Shown: positions 21,583 through 31,872 of the stretch, piece after piece
How the letters are laid out: each line of letters opens with the position of its first letter
How positions within the stretch are numbered: the stretch's first letter is position 1
Assembly: GCA_018238155.1 (NCBI GenBank)
Contig: JABCTZ010000009.1
Location: forward strand, 68,669-132,668
Source of the DNA: Candidatus Heimdallarchaeota archaeon
Lineage (GTDB): Archaea; Asgardarchaeota; Heimdallarchaeia; JABLTI01
DNA length: 64,000 nucleotides
Direction of reading: 5' to 3'
Translations under genes and position numbers: made by a program
Notes under the pieces: model-generated
Databases searched by the model: none
What the model saw: the letters and a program-made list of their open reading frames with translations, nothing else
Told to the model about the DNA's origin: nothing

Positions 21583-23514
21583 CTAAGAATATAATTTTGA
21601 TGTATTCCAAACGAAGTAGTTTTCAGTTGTCATAGCTACCGGAACATAATCATATAATGATTCAATAAAACGTGAATTTATTGTATATTGCCAAGCAAAA
21701 GACGTATTTGAATGTCTTGATGAAATGAAATATTTAATATTAAATCTTTTCAAGATATTTAAGGCATAAAACGTATAACATTCTGTTCTAAACAATTCAT
21801 TATATAGGATTTGTCTGCCATATGTGTGATTGCAATTAAATAATTCCATATTTGGCCAATTGATAAAAAGCGTGAAATTGCAACCTATTTCATTTGTTGT
21901 TCTATTTTCTATAAGAAAAACACCAATATTATGTTGGTCTTGAATAAAATACCAACCGCTTAAAGCAGCAATGTGTGTACTGAATGTATAATCAAATGTT
22001 TCAAAAGTTCCAAAACCATTATCCTTCAGAAATTCTCCTATTGCTTTTTCTTCTAGTGTTAGGTGTTCGTATATTGAATTTTCTCTCTGTGTAAACAAAA
22101 TTGATCTATCAACAATAAACATACTATTGATTACTGTAATAACAAAGAAGAATATCGCAAAAGTTTTTGTTTTGTTATAAAAACTTCGAAACTTCATGGA
22201 CAAATGAATTTTCAATTTGTTAATTGATAATATTATTATTGTTATCAATGATAAACTCATTATGAAAATAGCTAAAATAAAGTATGGTAAAACCTTAGTT
22301 TCGGTTAGAAAATGATAGAGTATAATGAATGTACTAATCATTAAACCACTAATTGGACCTAAATAGTGTCGAATCCTTTTATTTTCTAAAGATTCAATTA
22401 AATTTGCGCTAATTATAGCTATTACATAACTCAAAATATATAGTGAATAAATCAATTGATACACAGGAATGAAGAAAAGGGCAAAGAAAATAAGATAGAG
22501 ATTTGCTTTACTAACGTTTATTTTATCTAAAACGTCCTGCGATTTTGGTATCAACATTATAATTATACCTATCAGTAATAGTAAAAATGATGTACCATAA
22601 TGGAACCATTGGTCAACAATTGGTTGCGTTAGTAGATACATAGTTTCACTGTTAAAAATAGCCATAATATAGCAATAAATATTAAATTTAGACCTAAAGA
22701 AAACATTGCTAAAATTTAAACCTAAAATAAGAAATCCCACTAAAACTAACCCAAGAAGACTAAATATCCAAAATCTTTGTTTAAAGTAATTATAGAACTT
22801 AATACCCCCAATTTTCCTCTTTCTTTTCCTTTCATCTAAACTCTCAATTTCATCTTCTTTGATACTAATTTTCTCTGTATGAAAATTAACCAGAAAATCC
22901 TTTTTACTCCATTTTTCAATTAAAAAGAATAATATTGACAGAGCAATTATGCCAAATAGAATCACTGCCATACGATGTATGAAATTTAGCGTTATACTTA
23001 AACCAATTGCAATTATGAGTGGGGTTGCTTTTCTTCTTTTATTGAACCTTAGCAATAGCATTAAAACTAAAGGTAATATTGCGAAAAAGGGAAATCTAGA
23101 GGATGTCTGATAATAGCTAAATGATAAAATATTTGGTATTGTAGTTAAAAATAAAATGAAATATAGTTTTGTCGATTGTTTAAAATCCAATTCTTCTGCC
23201 AAATAGTAAGAGCTAATTACAAAAATTACCAGGAACACTAAATCAAATAATAATGTTGCTGCAATGATATTATTTCCTCCTATCAACAAAAAGAAGCATA
23301 AAATAAATAGTATTCCAATAGGATATCCTGAATAAGGAACTAGTCCCAATAAAGTCCAAATATTAAAACCATTTGAGAAATATTCACCTCTAAGTATCAA
23401 TTGAGCTTCCCAAATAGCTGTAAATCCATCTGAACCTTGAGGAAGTAGCATTCTAGGAATCCGTATCAGAATATTAACAATAAATGTTATGAGAATTATA
23501 TGCTTACCCTTCAT
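21583..23514 (-). CDS. Multi-pass membrane protein, putative GT-C-fold glycosyltransferase
   Basis: IR at the end of TM1, GSDGF acidic loop, PYSGYP, about 13-14 TM helices, HR motif, C-terminal soluble domain. Overlaps the upstream gene by ATGA. Confidence 0.6.
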   Translation of the reverse strand: MKGKHIILITFIVNILIRIPRMLLPQGSDGFTAIWEAQLILRGEYFSNGFNIWTLLGLVPYSGYPIGILFILCFFLLIGGNNIIAATLLFDLVFLVIFVISSYYLAEELDFKQSTKLYFILFLTTIPNILSFSYYQTSSRFPFFAILPLVLMLLLRFNKRRKATPLIIAIGLSITLNFIHRMAVILFGIIALSILFFLIEKWSKKDFLVNFHTEKISIKEDEIESLDERKRKRKIGGIKFYNYFKQRFWIFSLLGLVLVGFLILGLNFSNVFFRSKFNIYCYIMAIFNSETMYLLTQPIVDQWFHYGTSFLLLLIGIIIMLIPKSQDVLDKINVSKANLYLIFFALFFIPVYQLIYSLYILSYVIAIISANLIESLENKRIRHYLGPISGLMISTFIILYHFLTETKVLPYFILAIFIMSLSLITIIILSINKLKIHLSMKFRSFYNKTKTFAIFFFVITVINSMFIVDRSILFTQRENSIYEHLTLEEKAIGEFLKDNGFGTFETFDYTFSTHIAALSGWYFIQDQHNIGVFLIENRTTNEIGCNFTLFINWPNMELFNCNHTYGRQILYNELFRTECYTFYALNILKRFNIKYFISSRHSNTSFAWQYTINSRFIESLYDYVPVAMTTENYFVWNTSKLYS

Positions 23515-26024
23515 CTTTTAACCCTTCTCAATTTGTTAAATGACACCAAGAACATAATGACACAAATTACTATTCCTAAATATAGTCCAAAATTCAAACC
23601 TACAGAACAACTAGTGTTTATGAACCAATCATTGTCTGGATAGTCATTTATATCCAAAGGATCTGTTCCAAAAAACAGCTCGTTTCCATCTCCATAATTA
23701 TCTCCATCTGTATCATAATTATTAGGGTCTGTTAAAGAACTAAATATCTCTATACTGTCTAATAAACCATCGAAGTCAGTATCTGGTTCTAAAGGATTGG
23801 TGTAATAAACTAATACTTCTAGATCATCGTTTAAATTGTCAAAATCAGTATCAAATAAATTCGGATCTGTGAAATAGATGAAAATCTCCTCATAATCATT
23901 TAAATTATCTGTGTCCGTATCATCTGATAATGGATTTGTATTAAAAATGAATTCTTGTAAATTTGTAAGAGTATCTAAATCATTATCTAAATTTGCGTCA
24001 GAATTGTTTAGTGGGTCTAATAAATAAGTAATTTCAAATCCATCATTCATTCCATCTTCGTCAGAATCTGGGTTTAGTGGATCAGTAAAAGTCGAAAATA
24101 TTTCCTCTCCATCTAATAGTGAGTCATTATCTGTGTCCGGGTTAGTAGGTGAGGTTGGATATATAGAAAGTTCATCTGGATCAGTCAAACCATCGCTATC
24201 GGTATCCTCTTTTGTTGGGTTTGTACCATAAACTTTTGCTTCAGAATAATCATCAAGAGTATCATTATCCGTATCGATATCAAATGGATTAGTATTAAAA
24301 ATTGATTCTTCACTGTTTAATAATAAATCACTATCATTATCAAAAGCACCATCTATATCATTTAATGGATCAAATCCATATACTAACTCATATCCATCAT
24401 TCATCCCATCTATATCCGTATCAAAAGCTGTTGGATCTGTATTGTGAATATAAATTTCATCATAATCCTTTACACCATCCGAATCTGAGTCATCTTTTCT
24501 GGGATCAGTTCCAAAATACAACTCCATTGAATTATTAAGTCCATCGAGATCATAATCGAAACTACTGTCATCTATATTCGGATCTAATCCGACAGATACT
24601 TCATATCCATCTTTCATCCCATCTATATCTGTATCCGGATTTGTTGCATTTGTTTTATATAGAAAAATCTCCTCACCATCTATAATATCATCGTTGTCTG
24701 TATCGCGCAATAAGTGATTTGTTTTATAATATATCTCACTAAAATCATCTAAACCATCTAGATCTGTATCTCCTACTCCATTGTTAAAGATTGAGCCTTG
24801 TAATGAATTCCAAGCAGGAATGTGGTACAATGAATCTTTAAGATCAAGACATAAGAATGACTTAATCGTAGTCCCAATAAATAATTCTATTATACCATCT
24901 GAATCAATATCCTCTATGAACGGTGTAGAGAAAAACCTGTTTAATTTATTGTAACTTCCAATTTGTATGCCTTCAGAATTTAATACGTAAACGTCATTTG
25001 AACAAATTATTATTTCCCATTCTTCAGAACTATCTATATTGCAAATTACTGGTGAAGATTGAATAAATACACCTTCTATTGCATCCGCTTTGAATTTCCA
25101 TTTAAGATTCCCACTATTTGATAAGCATAAAAGTGAATTATCCCACATACCGATTATTATCTCTAAATTGCCATCTCTATTAATATCCCCAATTGCTGGT
25201 GATGCACTAATTATTTTACCACTATTATATTCCCAAATTTTATCTCCCGCTGAATTTAAACAATATATTACTCCATTGCTCGAACAAGCGATAATTTCTT
25301 TTCTACTATCCTCACTTAAATCACATATAATTGGGGAAGAATAGAACGCACTATATGAATTGAATTGCCAAATTTCATTTCCATTTTGATCTAAGCAATA
25401 TACTCTACCATCACCCGAAGTAATTATTAGCTCATTCATTCCGTCTTCATTGATGTCATAAACAGCTACTGTTGATCTGATCCAATTCTGTGCTTTAAAT
25501 TGCCACATTTTTTCTCCATTACTATTTAGACAGTAGACATAATTGTCCCAAGATCCAATAATAACTTCAAGCAAATTATCTTCATTAATATCTACAACCA
25601 CAGGTGAGGATACAACAATCCCGTTTGTTTGGAATGACCAAATTAATGTACCATTGCTATCTAAACAATAAATAAAACCATCATTAGACCCAAATACTAC
25701 TTCGAATAGATTATCTCGATTAAAATCACCAATCGCTGGTGATGATTGAATGGGTCCTTTAGTTTCAAAAGACCATTTTAGTGTACCATTATTATCTAAA
25801 CAATAGAATTTCTTATCATTGGAGCCAAATAACACTTCTTTTTTACCATCTAATTCCAAATCAAATAATAAAGGAGAAGAATCAATTGAATCATTTGTTA
25901 TAAATGACCACTTTTCCTCAAAGGTTGAGTTTTCAATATATGAATTTGATTCAATTGGTATTTTGAAAAATATACAAGTACCTAATAAACATAAAAATAA
26001 TAAATTGACTAAGTATCTTTTCAA
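23511..26024 (-). CDS. Secreted, membrane-anchored surface protein: 8-bladed FG-GAP/PQQ-like beta-propeller, about 16 thrombospondin type 3-like Ca-binding repeats, C-terminal TM
   Basis: N-terminal signal-like segment. Eight S[ST]P..xD.xxD...E.I.GS...YCL blades. Sixteen DxDxDxxxDxxE repeats (about 23650-24770). TM helix followed by a KLRRVKR tail. Confidence 0.85.
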   Translation of the reverse strand: MKRYLVNLLFLCLLGTCIFFKIPIESNSYIENSTFEEKWSFITNDSIDSSPLLFDLELDGKKEVLFGSNDKKFYCLDNNGTLKWSFETKGPIQSSPAIGDFNRDNLFEVVFGSNDGFIYCLDSNGTLIWSFQTNGIVVSSPVVVDINEDNLLEVIIGSWDNYVYCLNSNGEKMWQFKAQNWIRSTVAVYDINEDGMNELIITSGDGRVYCLDQNGNEIWQFNSYSAFYSSPIICDLSEDSRKEIIACSSNGVIYCLNSAGDKIWEYNSGKIISASPAIGDINRDGNLEIIIGMWDNSLLCLSNSGNLKWKFKADAIEGVFIQSSPVICNIDSSEEWEIIICSNDVYVLNSEGIQIGSYNKLNRFFSTPFIEDIDSDGIIELFIGTTIKSFLCLDLKDSLYHIPAWNSLQGSIFNNGVGDTDLDGLDDFSEIYYKTNHLLRDTDNDDIIDGEEIFLYKTNATNPDTDIDGMKDGYEVSVGLDPNIDDSSFDYDLDGLNNSMELYFGTDPRKDDSDSDGVKDYDEIYIHNTDPTAFDTDIDGMNDGYELVYGFDPLNDIDGAFDNDSDLLLNSEESIFNTNPFDIDTDNDTLDDYSEAKVYGTNPTKEDTDSDGLTDPDELSIYPTSPTNPDTDNDSLLDGEEIFSTFTDPLNPDSDEDGMNDGFEITYLLDPLNNSDANLDNDLDTLTNLQEFIFNTNPLSDDTDTDNLNDYEEIFIYFTDPNLFDTDFDNLNDDLEVLVYYTNPLEPDTDFDGLLDSIEIFSSLTDPNNYDTDGDNYGDGNELFFGTDPLDINDYPDNDWFINTSCSVGLNFGLYLGIVICVIMFLVSFNKLRRVKR

Positions 26025-26194
26025 ATAATTTCACCTTTAAATTAAATACCTATGACTGATATGGAATTTGATACATTCCGATAAAATAACCATTTTGGTT
26101 TATTAATAAATTTTATCAAAAAAATCTATTTGATATAGGAGTAAGTTTTATAGTTAGTAAAGTTTTTAAATGAAAATTAGCGATTTCTATTGCA

Positions 26195-27528
26195 ATGAAT
26201 TTGAATAGATATAGTGGTAAACTTGTTGATTTCATTCGACAAAAATGGACTATTATTTGTATATTTATTCTTTTCATAATTGGCTTTGTGTTAAGATTGT
26301 TGGTAATATTATTATACCACGTGAGCCTATCGATGCCCTAGCATATATGGAAATTGCTGAGTATTTTATTGGGGTTGAAGGAGCGACTTACATATTATCA
26401 AGAGAGCCTTTTTTCTCTCTTCTTCTAGGATTTGTATATCTAATATTTCCTAATACATATCTAACAGCTAGGCTTTTTACAACTTTTTTAGGTTCTTTAA
26501 ATATTATACTTATATATTTCGTTACTAAAAAATATGCTCAGAGTTTTGGTGCCAATGATAATAGTGAGAAATTTGGTTTTGTTGCCGCCTTATTTGTATG
26601 TTTTAATGATAGATTCATTTTATATGATGGTTGGGGGTTAAGGGAGTCATTATATGCACTTCTATTTATGATACTTTTATATTCAATTCTAATAGAAAAA
26701 AAAGTCTTAAAAAGAACTATTTATTGTATCTGTTCTTTTCTATTAATTCTAACTAAAGAAGAGTCTCTAATACTACTTTTGTTTACAACTATATTACTTT
26801 TCTTTAAAGATAATTTTTCAGTGAAAACCAATATCAAAAACAGCAACAATAAAAATGAAACAAGAATAACAGATGAAGGAAAAACTGTCAATAATAAAGG
26901 AAAAAGTAAATTTGGGAGATTTTTCTTAAAATTAAACTATAATTTTCTATTCATATTTCTAGGTTTAATAGTAGGTTATTGTTTATGGAAGCTCTTATCT
27001 TATATTTTATTTTCAGATCCTTTTGCAACCAGTAATGATATGGCAAAACTATATTTTGAGAATGAATTCGGTACTATTCCACCTGAATCTTTAACTACAT
27101 TTGATTATTTGTTTAAATTTCACAAATTCAAAGATTTAATATTAGCATTTCTACAAGGTGTTCCAGGTATTATGAATTTATATTTGGGCATTTTTAACTT
27201 GATTTCTTTTGCTTTTTTCATCATAGCTTTAGTCAAATTTGTAATCAAAAGAGATTTTATATTCTTGTTTTGGATAATTTATCCAGTATTATTTTTAGGA
27301 ATTTTTGCTGTTTTATGGCGATTAAATCCCTATGATAGAATTCTAATTCCATATTCACTAATAGGTTTTATTTCAATTCCAATTGTTATTTATGATGTAG
27401 TAGAAGATTTTGATTTAAAAGTAACTTCATCTGTTAATATCAGGATGACAAAGATTAGATATTTCTATATTATTTCTTCATTAATTGTACTATATTCTAT
27501 TGGTCAACTATTTACTTCATTTTTTTAA
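26195..27528 (+). pseudogene. GT-C (PMT/ArnT-like) glycosyltransferase paralogue 1, frameshifted near 26315
   Basis: ATG 26195 gives MNLNRYSGKLVDFIRQKWTIICIFILFIIGFVLRLLVILL, which matches the N-termini of paralogues 2 and 3. One base is missing before CCA 26317 (PREPIDA...), after which the 427-aa ORF frame continues. Confidence 0.8.
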
Positions 27529-27638
27529 AACGCATATTTTTTTAGCTCATAGTACTATCATTTATTTATTTGTTAGCAATTGTTAGTATTTAATTTACGG
27601 CAAAAATTTTAAGAGTAGATGAATTAGCTAATTCAATT

Positions 27639-29012
27639 ATGAGTATGGAATCAAAAGCTAAACTTGTCAATTTTATTCAGAAGAATTATTCTATAATCTT
27701 TTTGTGCCTTATATATGTTGTAGGCCTTCTGTTACGATTACTATTTGTTTGGAAGAATCCTATGGAACCTTATGATGCAGTTGGCTATATTGAAATAGCT
27801 GAATTCATGATTGGAGTTGAAGGAACATCATATAGTTTTCCGAGAGAACCATTGTTTTCATTTATGTTGGGATTAGTTTTTTTGATTTTTCCTAGTACAT
27901 TCTTAACAACAAGACTTTTCACAGCAATTTTAGGTTCTGTTAATATTGTTTTGGTATATTTAGTAGCAAAGAAATATTTAAAGAAATTTTTTAAAAATAT
28001 CTCCACAGAAAAATTCGCATTAGTTAGTTCTCTTTTAATTAGTCTAAATTATCAATTTATTTTAAAAGATGGTTATGGATACAGAGAACCATTATATACT
28101 ATACTTTTTCTAATCCTCCTCTACTCTATTTTGATGGAGAAGAAGGTGATAAAGAGAGTATTATTTTGTACAACCTCTTTTTTAATGATTTTAACCAAAT
28201 CTGAATCATTAATATTGTTAATTGGCATTTCGATATTTCTATTCCAGAAAGAAAATTTTCTGACAAAATCCAATAATAATTTAAAACAGATTGACTCAGA
28301 TATCTCTGTTATAGATTCCAGTGAGAACGAACAACCTGATACGGGAATTAAAAGTGTAGAAGACTTACCTAGTCAAAAAAACAAGAAAAATTTCAGGAAT
28401 TTTGTTTCCAATGTAAACTATAATTTTGCTTTTATACTATTAGGATTGGTAGTTGGATATTGTCTTTGGATGATTCTTTCTTCACTTTTATTTGGAGATC
28501 CCTTTGCAACAAGCAATGAGATGGCAAAACTATATTATAGGCAAGAATTTGGTATTATTGCTCCTGAGGATTTAACCACTTTCTCGTATATTTTTACATA
28601 TCATGGAATTCTAGAACTTTTTCAAGCATTTTATTCAGGTTTTTTTGTTCTCTTTTCTGATTATGAAATAATTTACGGAATTTACTTATTTGCATTTTTT
28701 ATTTTGTCTCTTATTAGTTTATTAATAAAAGGCGATTACATCTCTCTTTTTAGCATATTTTATCCACCTTTATTTATTGGTTTATTAGCCTATTTTTGGG
28801 ATCCTGCTGGTTATGCTAGAATATTATTACCATATTCTACTATTGGCCTTGTAGTAATTCCAATTTTTACATATAATATCCTCGAAAAATTAGAATTAAT
28901 GATTACAAATAAAGTGAAAATTAGAATAAAAAGAAATTTATTTTTCTATCTAATTATTGGCTTTATTTGCTTAAAATCTATATTACGTTTGCTTGATATG
29001 TTTATATTGTAA
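27639..29012 (+). CDS. GT-C (PMT/ArnT-like) glycosyltransferase paralogue 2
   Basis: LRLL..PMEPYDAVGY, REPLFS, RLFT, GYREPLY, LTKSE, GDPFA, RILLPY; multi-TM. Confidence 0.8.
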   Translation: MSMESKAKLVNFIQKNYSIIFLCLIYVVGLLLRLLFVWKNPMEPYDAVGYIEIAEFMIGVEGTSYSFPREPLFSFMLGLVFLIFPSTFLTTRLFTAILGSVNIVLVYLVAKKYLKKFFKNISTEKFALVSSLLISLNYQFILKDGYGYREPLYTILFLILLYSILMEKKVIKRVLFCTTSFLMILTKSESLILLIGISIFLFQKENFLTKSNNNLKQIDSDISVIDSSENEQPDTGIKSVEDLPSQKNKKNFRNFVSNVNYNFAFILLGLVVGYCLWMILSSLLFGDPFATSNEMAKLYYRQEFGIIAPEDLTTFSYIFTYHGILELFQAFYSGFFVLFSDYEIIYGIYLFAFFILSLISLLIKGDYISLFSIFYPPLFIGLLAYFWDPAGYARILLPYSTIGLVVIPIFTYNILEKLELMITNKVKIRIKRNLFFYLIIGFICLKSILRLLDMFIL

Positions 29013-29172
29013 GAGTATTTTTAATGATTTCTTTTCTTGAATCGAAAACTCCAATAACAAATTGCTAAATATTATTTACTCTGTCTATCTAAAGTTGGTT
29101 AATTCTCAATTTTAGAAAAACATAAGACTTTCTCGAAATTCTTTTTAAACAAGTTTTTTTATTAAGATAGAT

Positions 29173-30528
29173 ATGACCTTAGAAAAGAATTCAAATAGTT
29201 TTGTTAAATTTCTTCAAAATTATTGGTCAATAATATTTGTATTTTTTCTTTTCATTATAGGTTTTCTTCTAAGATTATTTTTTCTTCTAAAAACCCCCTA
29301 TGAAAATCCTGATGTAGATCAATATATTGAAATTGCTCAGTTTATTTTCGGTAAAGAAAGCACGTCATACATTGTTCCAAGAGAACCATTCTATCCTTTC
29401 GTATTGGGATTAGTATTCCTCATTTTTCCTGAAACATTCTTAACCGCGAGAATTTACACTGCATTTCTTGGATCAATAAATATAGTTTTAGCATTTTATG
29501 TCACAAAGAAATATATTCAGAATTTCAAAAAGGAAATAAAATATGAGAAATTTGCCATTATCTCATCATTGTTGATTTGTCTTAATTATGACTTCATCAA
29601 ATATGATGGGTGGGGTGTTAGAGAACCATTATACACATTGCTATTTTTCATACTATTATGTTCTATATTAATAAAAAGAAAACCAATTAAAAAAGTAACA
29701 TTTAGTATTTGTTCATTTCTACTGATTCTTACGAAGGCTGAATCTTTAATATTTCTTATAGGAATTGCTATTCTTGTTTTTCAAAAAGAGAATTTTCTGA
29801 ATGCAATTAATAATAATACCGAAGTTACGAAGAACGATGACACTGATATTGAAAATGAAGGTGTTGTATTGGAGAATAGGGTAGAAATCTCTGAAAAAAG
29901 TAACAAATTAAAATCCTTCTTATCTGAAATTAATTTTAGTTTTTGTTTTATATTTTTAGGATTGTTACTTGGTTTGCTTTTATGGAAACTAATTTCATAC
30001 TTCTTATTTGGAGATCCTTTTGCTTCTGGAAATTGGATGGCAGGTATTTACTTTGGGCATGAATTTAAAACACCTCCTCCAGAAAATCTTAGTACTTTCA
30101 GGTACCTATTTGATTATCATAGTTTCAAAGAACTAATTTCTGCTTTTTATAATGGATTCTTTCAAATGATATCTGTTAGTTATTATTCTATATTTGATAG
30201 ATATCTATTTGCTTTTTTCATCATAACGTTCATTATACTTCTAATTAAAAAAGACTATATTTCATTATTTTGGATTCTTTATCCACCAATAGTTTTAGGT
30301 ATCTTTGCTTATTTTTGGGATTTACATGGATATATTAGAATTCTCCTTCCCTATTCGATAATAGTATTCATTTCAGCTCCATATCATACATACAAGATTT
30401 TTGAGGACTTTAAAATAATGATATCAGAAAAGCTCAGTTTAAAGGTAAAGAAACATGCATTTTATTATGCTGTATTTGGTTTTATTTGTATAAAATATTT
30501 GATACGTATAATTGCATACCTAGTATAA
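29173..30528 (+). CDS. GT-C (PMT/ArnT-like) glycosyltransferase paralogue 3
   Basis: LRLF..PYENPDVDQY, REPFYP, GVREPLY, LTKAE, GDPFA, RILLPY; collinear with paralogues 1 and 2. Confidence 0.8.
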   Translation: MTLEKNSNSFVKFLQNYWSIIFVFFLFIIGFLLRLFFLLKTPYENPDVDQYIEIAQFIFGKESTSYIVPREPFYPFVLGLVFLIFPETFLTARIYTAFLGSINIVLAFYVTKKYIQNFKKEIKYEKFAIISSLLICLNYDFIKYDGWGVREPLYTLLFFILLCSILIKRKPIKKVTFSICSFLLILTKAESLIFLIGIAILVFQKENFLNAINNNTEVTKNDDTDIENEGVVLENRVEISEKSNKLKSFLSEINFSFCFIFLGLLLGLLLWKLISYFLFGDPFASGNWMAGIYFGHEFKTPPPENLSTFRYLFDYHSFKELISAFYNGFFQMISVSYYSIFDRYLFAFFIITFIILLIKKDYISLFWILYPPIVLGIFAYFWDLHGYIRILLPYSIIVFISAPYHTYKIFEDFKIMISEKLSLKVKKHAFYYAVFGFICIKYLIRIIAYLV

Positions 30529-30574
30529 ATTTACAATTCAACTAATTGTTGCAATTAAAATCTTTTTTTAGAAC

Positions 30575-31687
30575 TTATTCACTTTTGATAATCTTAGGAT
30601 TATAAGCATCTGTAATTATTCTATTCCTTCTTCTATTGATTAGAATAATAACATAAATAGGTAAACCAACAATGATGTAAATTGCTGTTCTTAGTAAATG
30701 TTCTGTAAAGCTAGCTGTAAGAGTTAATTCTTTAACATAATCAAAAAAGACTAATGTTAAAACCATACTACCTTCATAGGTTCCTAAACCACCTGGTAAT
30801 AATGGGAAAATTACTGATAGAAAACCAACTGAACCGGCTAAAATTCCCAAGTGAATTGGAAGATCCACTAATACTGCTGATAATATCAAATAGATTAAGA
30901 TGGTGTCAACCAGCACAATGATTAATGAAAGAAATACATTTAAGATAATTTTTTTTGGTTTTCTAATCAAACTCTTTGTATAATTACTAACTTGTTCTGA
31001 AAGATTGATTTCTTGTTTTAGCTCACCCCTAAATTTTGAAATAAACCATTCAATAATTCTATCAAAAAATCGGTGATATTTTACGATTAAAATAACTGTG
31101 ATTGCAATTACAATGATTAGCGAAAAAGCAACTACGATAATGGGCCAAACATCTTCAAACAAATAGATTGAAGTAACAAAAATAATCGTTGCTGTAATGA
31201 TCAATAAAGAGAATAAATCGAATAACTTCTCAAAAACCATAGAACCAATATATTCTCCCGGAGTTGCTTCCATCATTTTTTCTTCTTCATTTGTTCCGTT
31301 ATTTTTCACTTCATTTTTTGAGCTCAAGTAGACAATTCTTGATATATCGCCAAATCTTGCAGGTATTAGCGAATTAAGGAAAAAACCAAGGGAAATACCC
31401 ATTATTGATTTTTTAAATGATAATTTACCAATTTGTAATTGACAATATCTGAAAGCTTTGACTAACATCAAAAGTAAAAATATTACAATATAAACAGGCA
31501 ATTTCCAGCTTTGAAAAATGTCTAGAAAACTTGAGATATTTTGATTTAAAATCCACCAAACAACTAAAACTACTATTACTATATTTAGAGTCCATAAAAG
31601 TAAATTTTTAATTAATCTGCCTCTGCTTATTTTCTTTTTTTCTTTATTAACGTTATTTTCATTATTCTCTCTTTTATCCACAAGCAA
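30575..31687 (-). CDS. Lysylphosphatidylglycerol synthase TM-domain (UPF0104, flippase-like) protein
   Basis: KAFRY, N.LIPARFGD..R, EKLFD, PGGLGTYE. Confidence 0.85.
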   Translation of the reverse strand: MLVDKRENNENNVNKEKKKISRGRLIKNLLLWTLNIVIVVLVVWWILNQNISSFLDIFQSWKLPVYIVIFLLLMLVKAFRYCQLQIGKLSFKKSIMGISLGFFLNSLIPARFGDISRIVYLSSKNEVKNNGTNEEEKMMEATPGEYIGSMVFEKLFDLFSLLIITATIIFVTSIYLFEDVWPIIVVAFSLIIVIAITVILIVKYHRFFDRIIEWFISKFRGELKQEINLSEQVSNYTKSLIRKPKKIILNVFLSLIIVLVDTILIYLILSAVLVDLPIHLGILAGSVGFLSVIFPLLPGGLGTYEGSMVLTLVFFDYVKELTLTASFTEHLLRTAIYIIVGLPIYVIILINRRRNRIITDAYNPKIIKSE

Positions 31688-31872
31688 ATCTTTCTTTTCA
31701 CTAATTTCTTGATCTACTTTTAACCGCTCCTAAATTTTACTTTCAAATAATTAATACAATGTTTATTACAGTTATGCTTTCAATTTTAATTCTATTGTTT
31801 GGGGGCAGATATTTTTACATTTGAATACTTGAAGTCAGAATAATTAAATACAATTAACCTAGTTTTATAATT

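Noticed and set aside
23650-25920. DNA repeat element or array
   Set aside because: The periodicity is explained by protein repeats (propeller blades and TSP3-like units) with degenerate codons.
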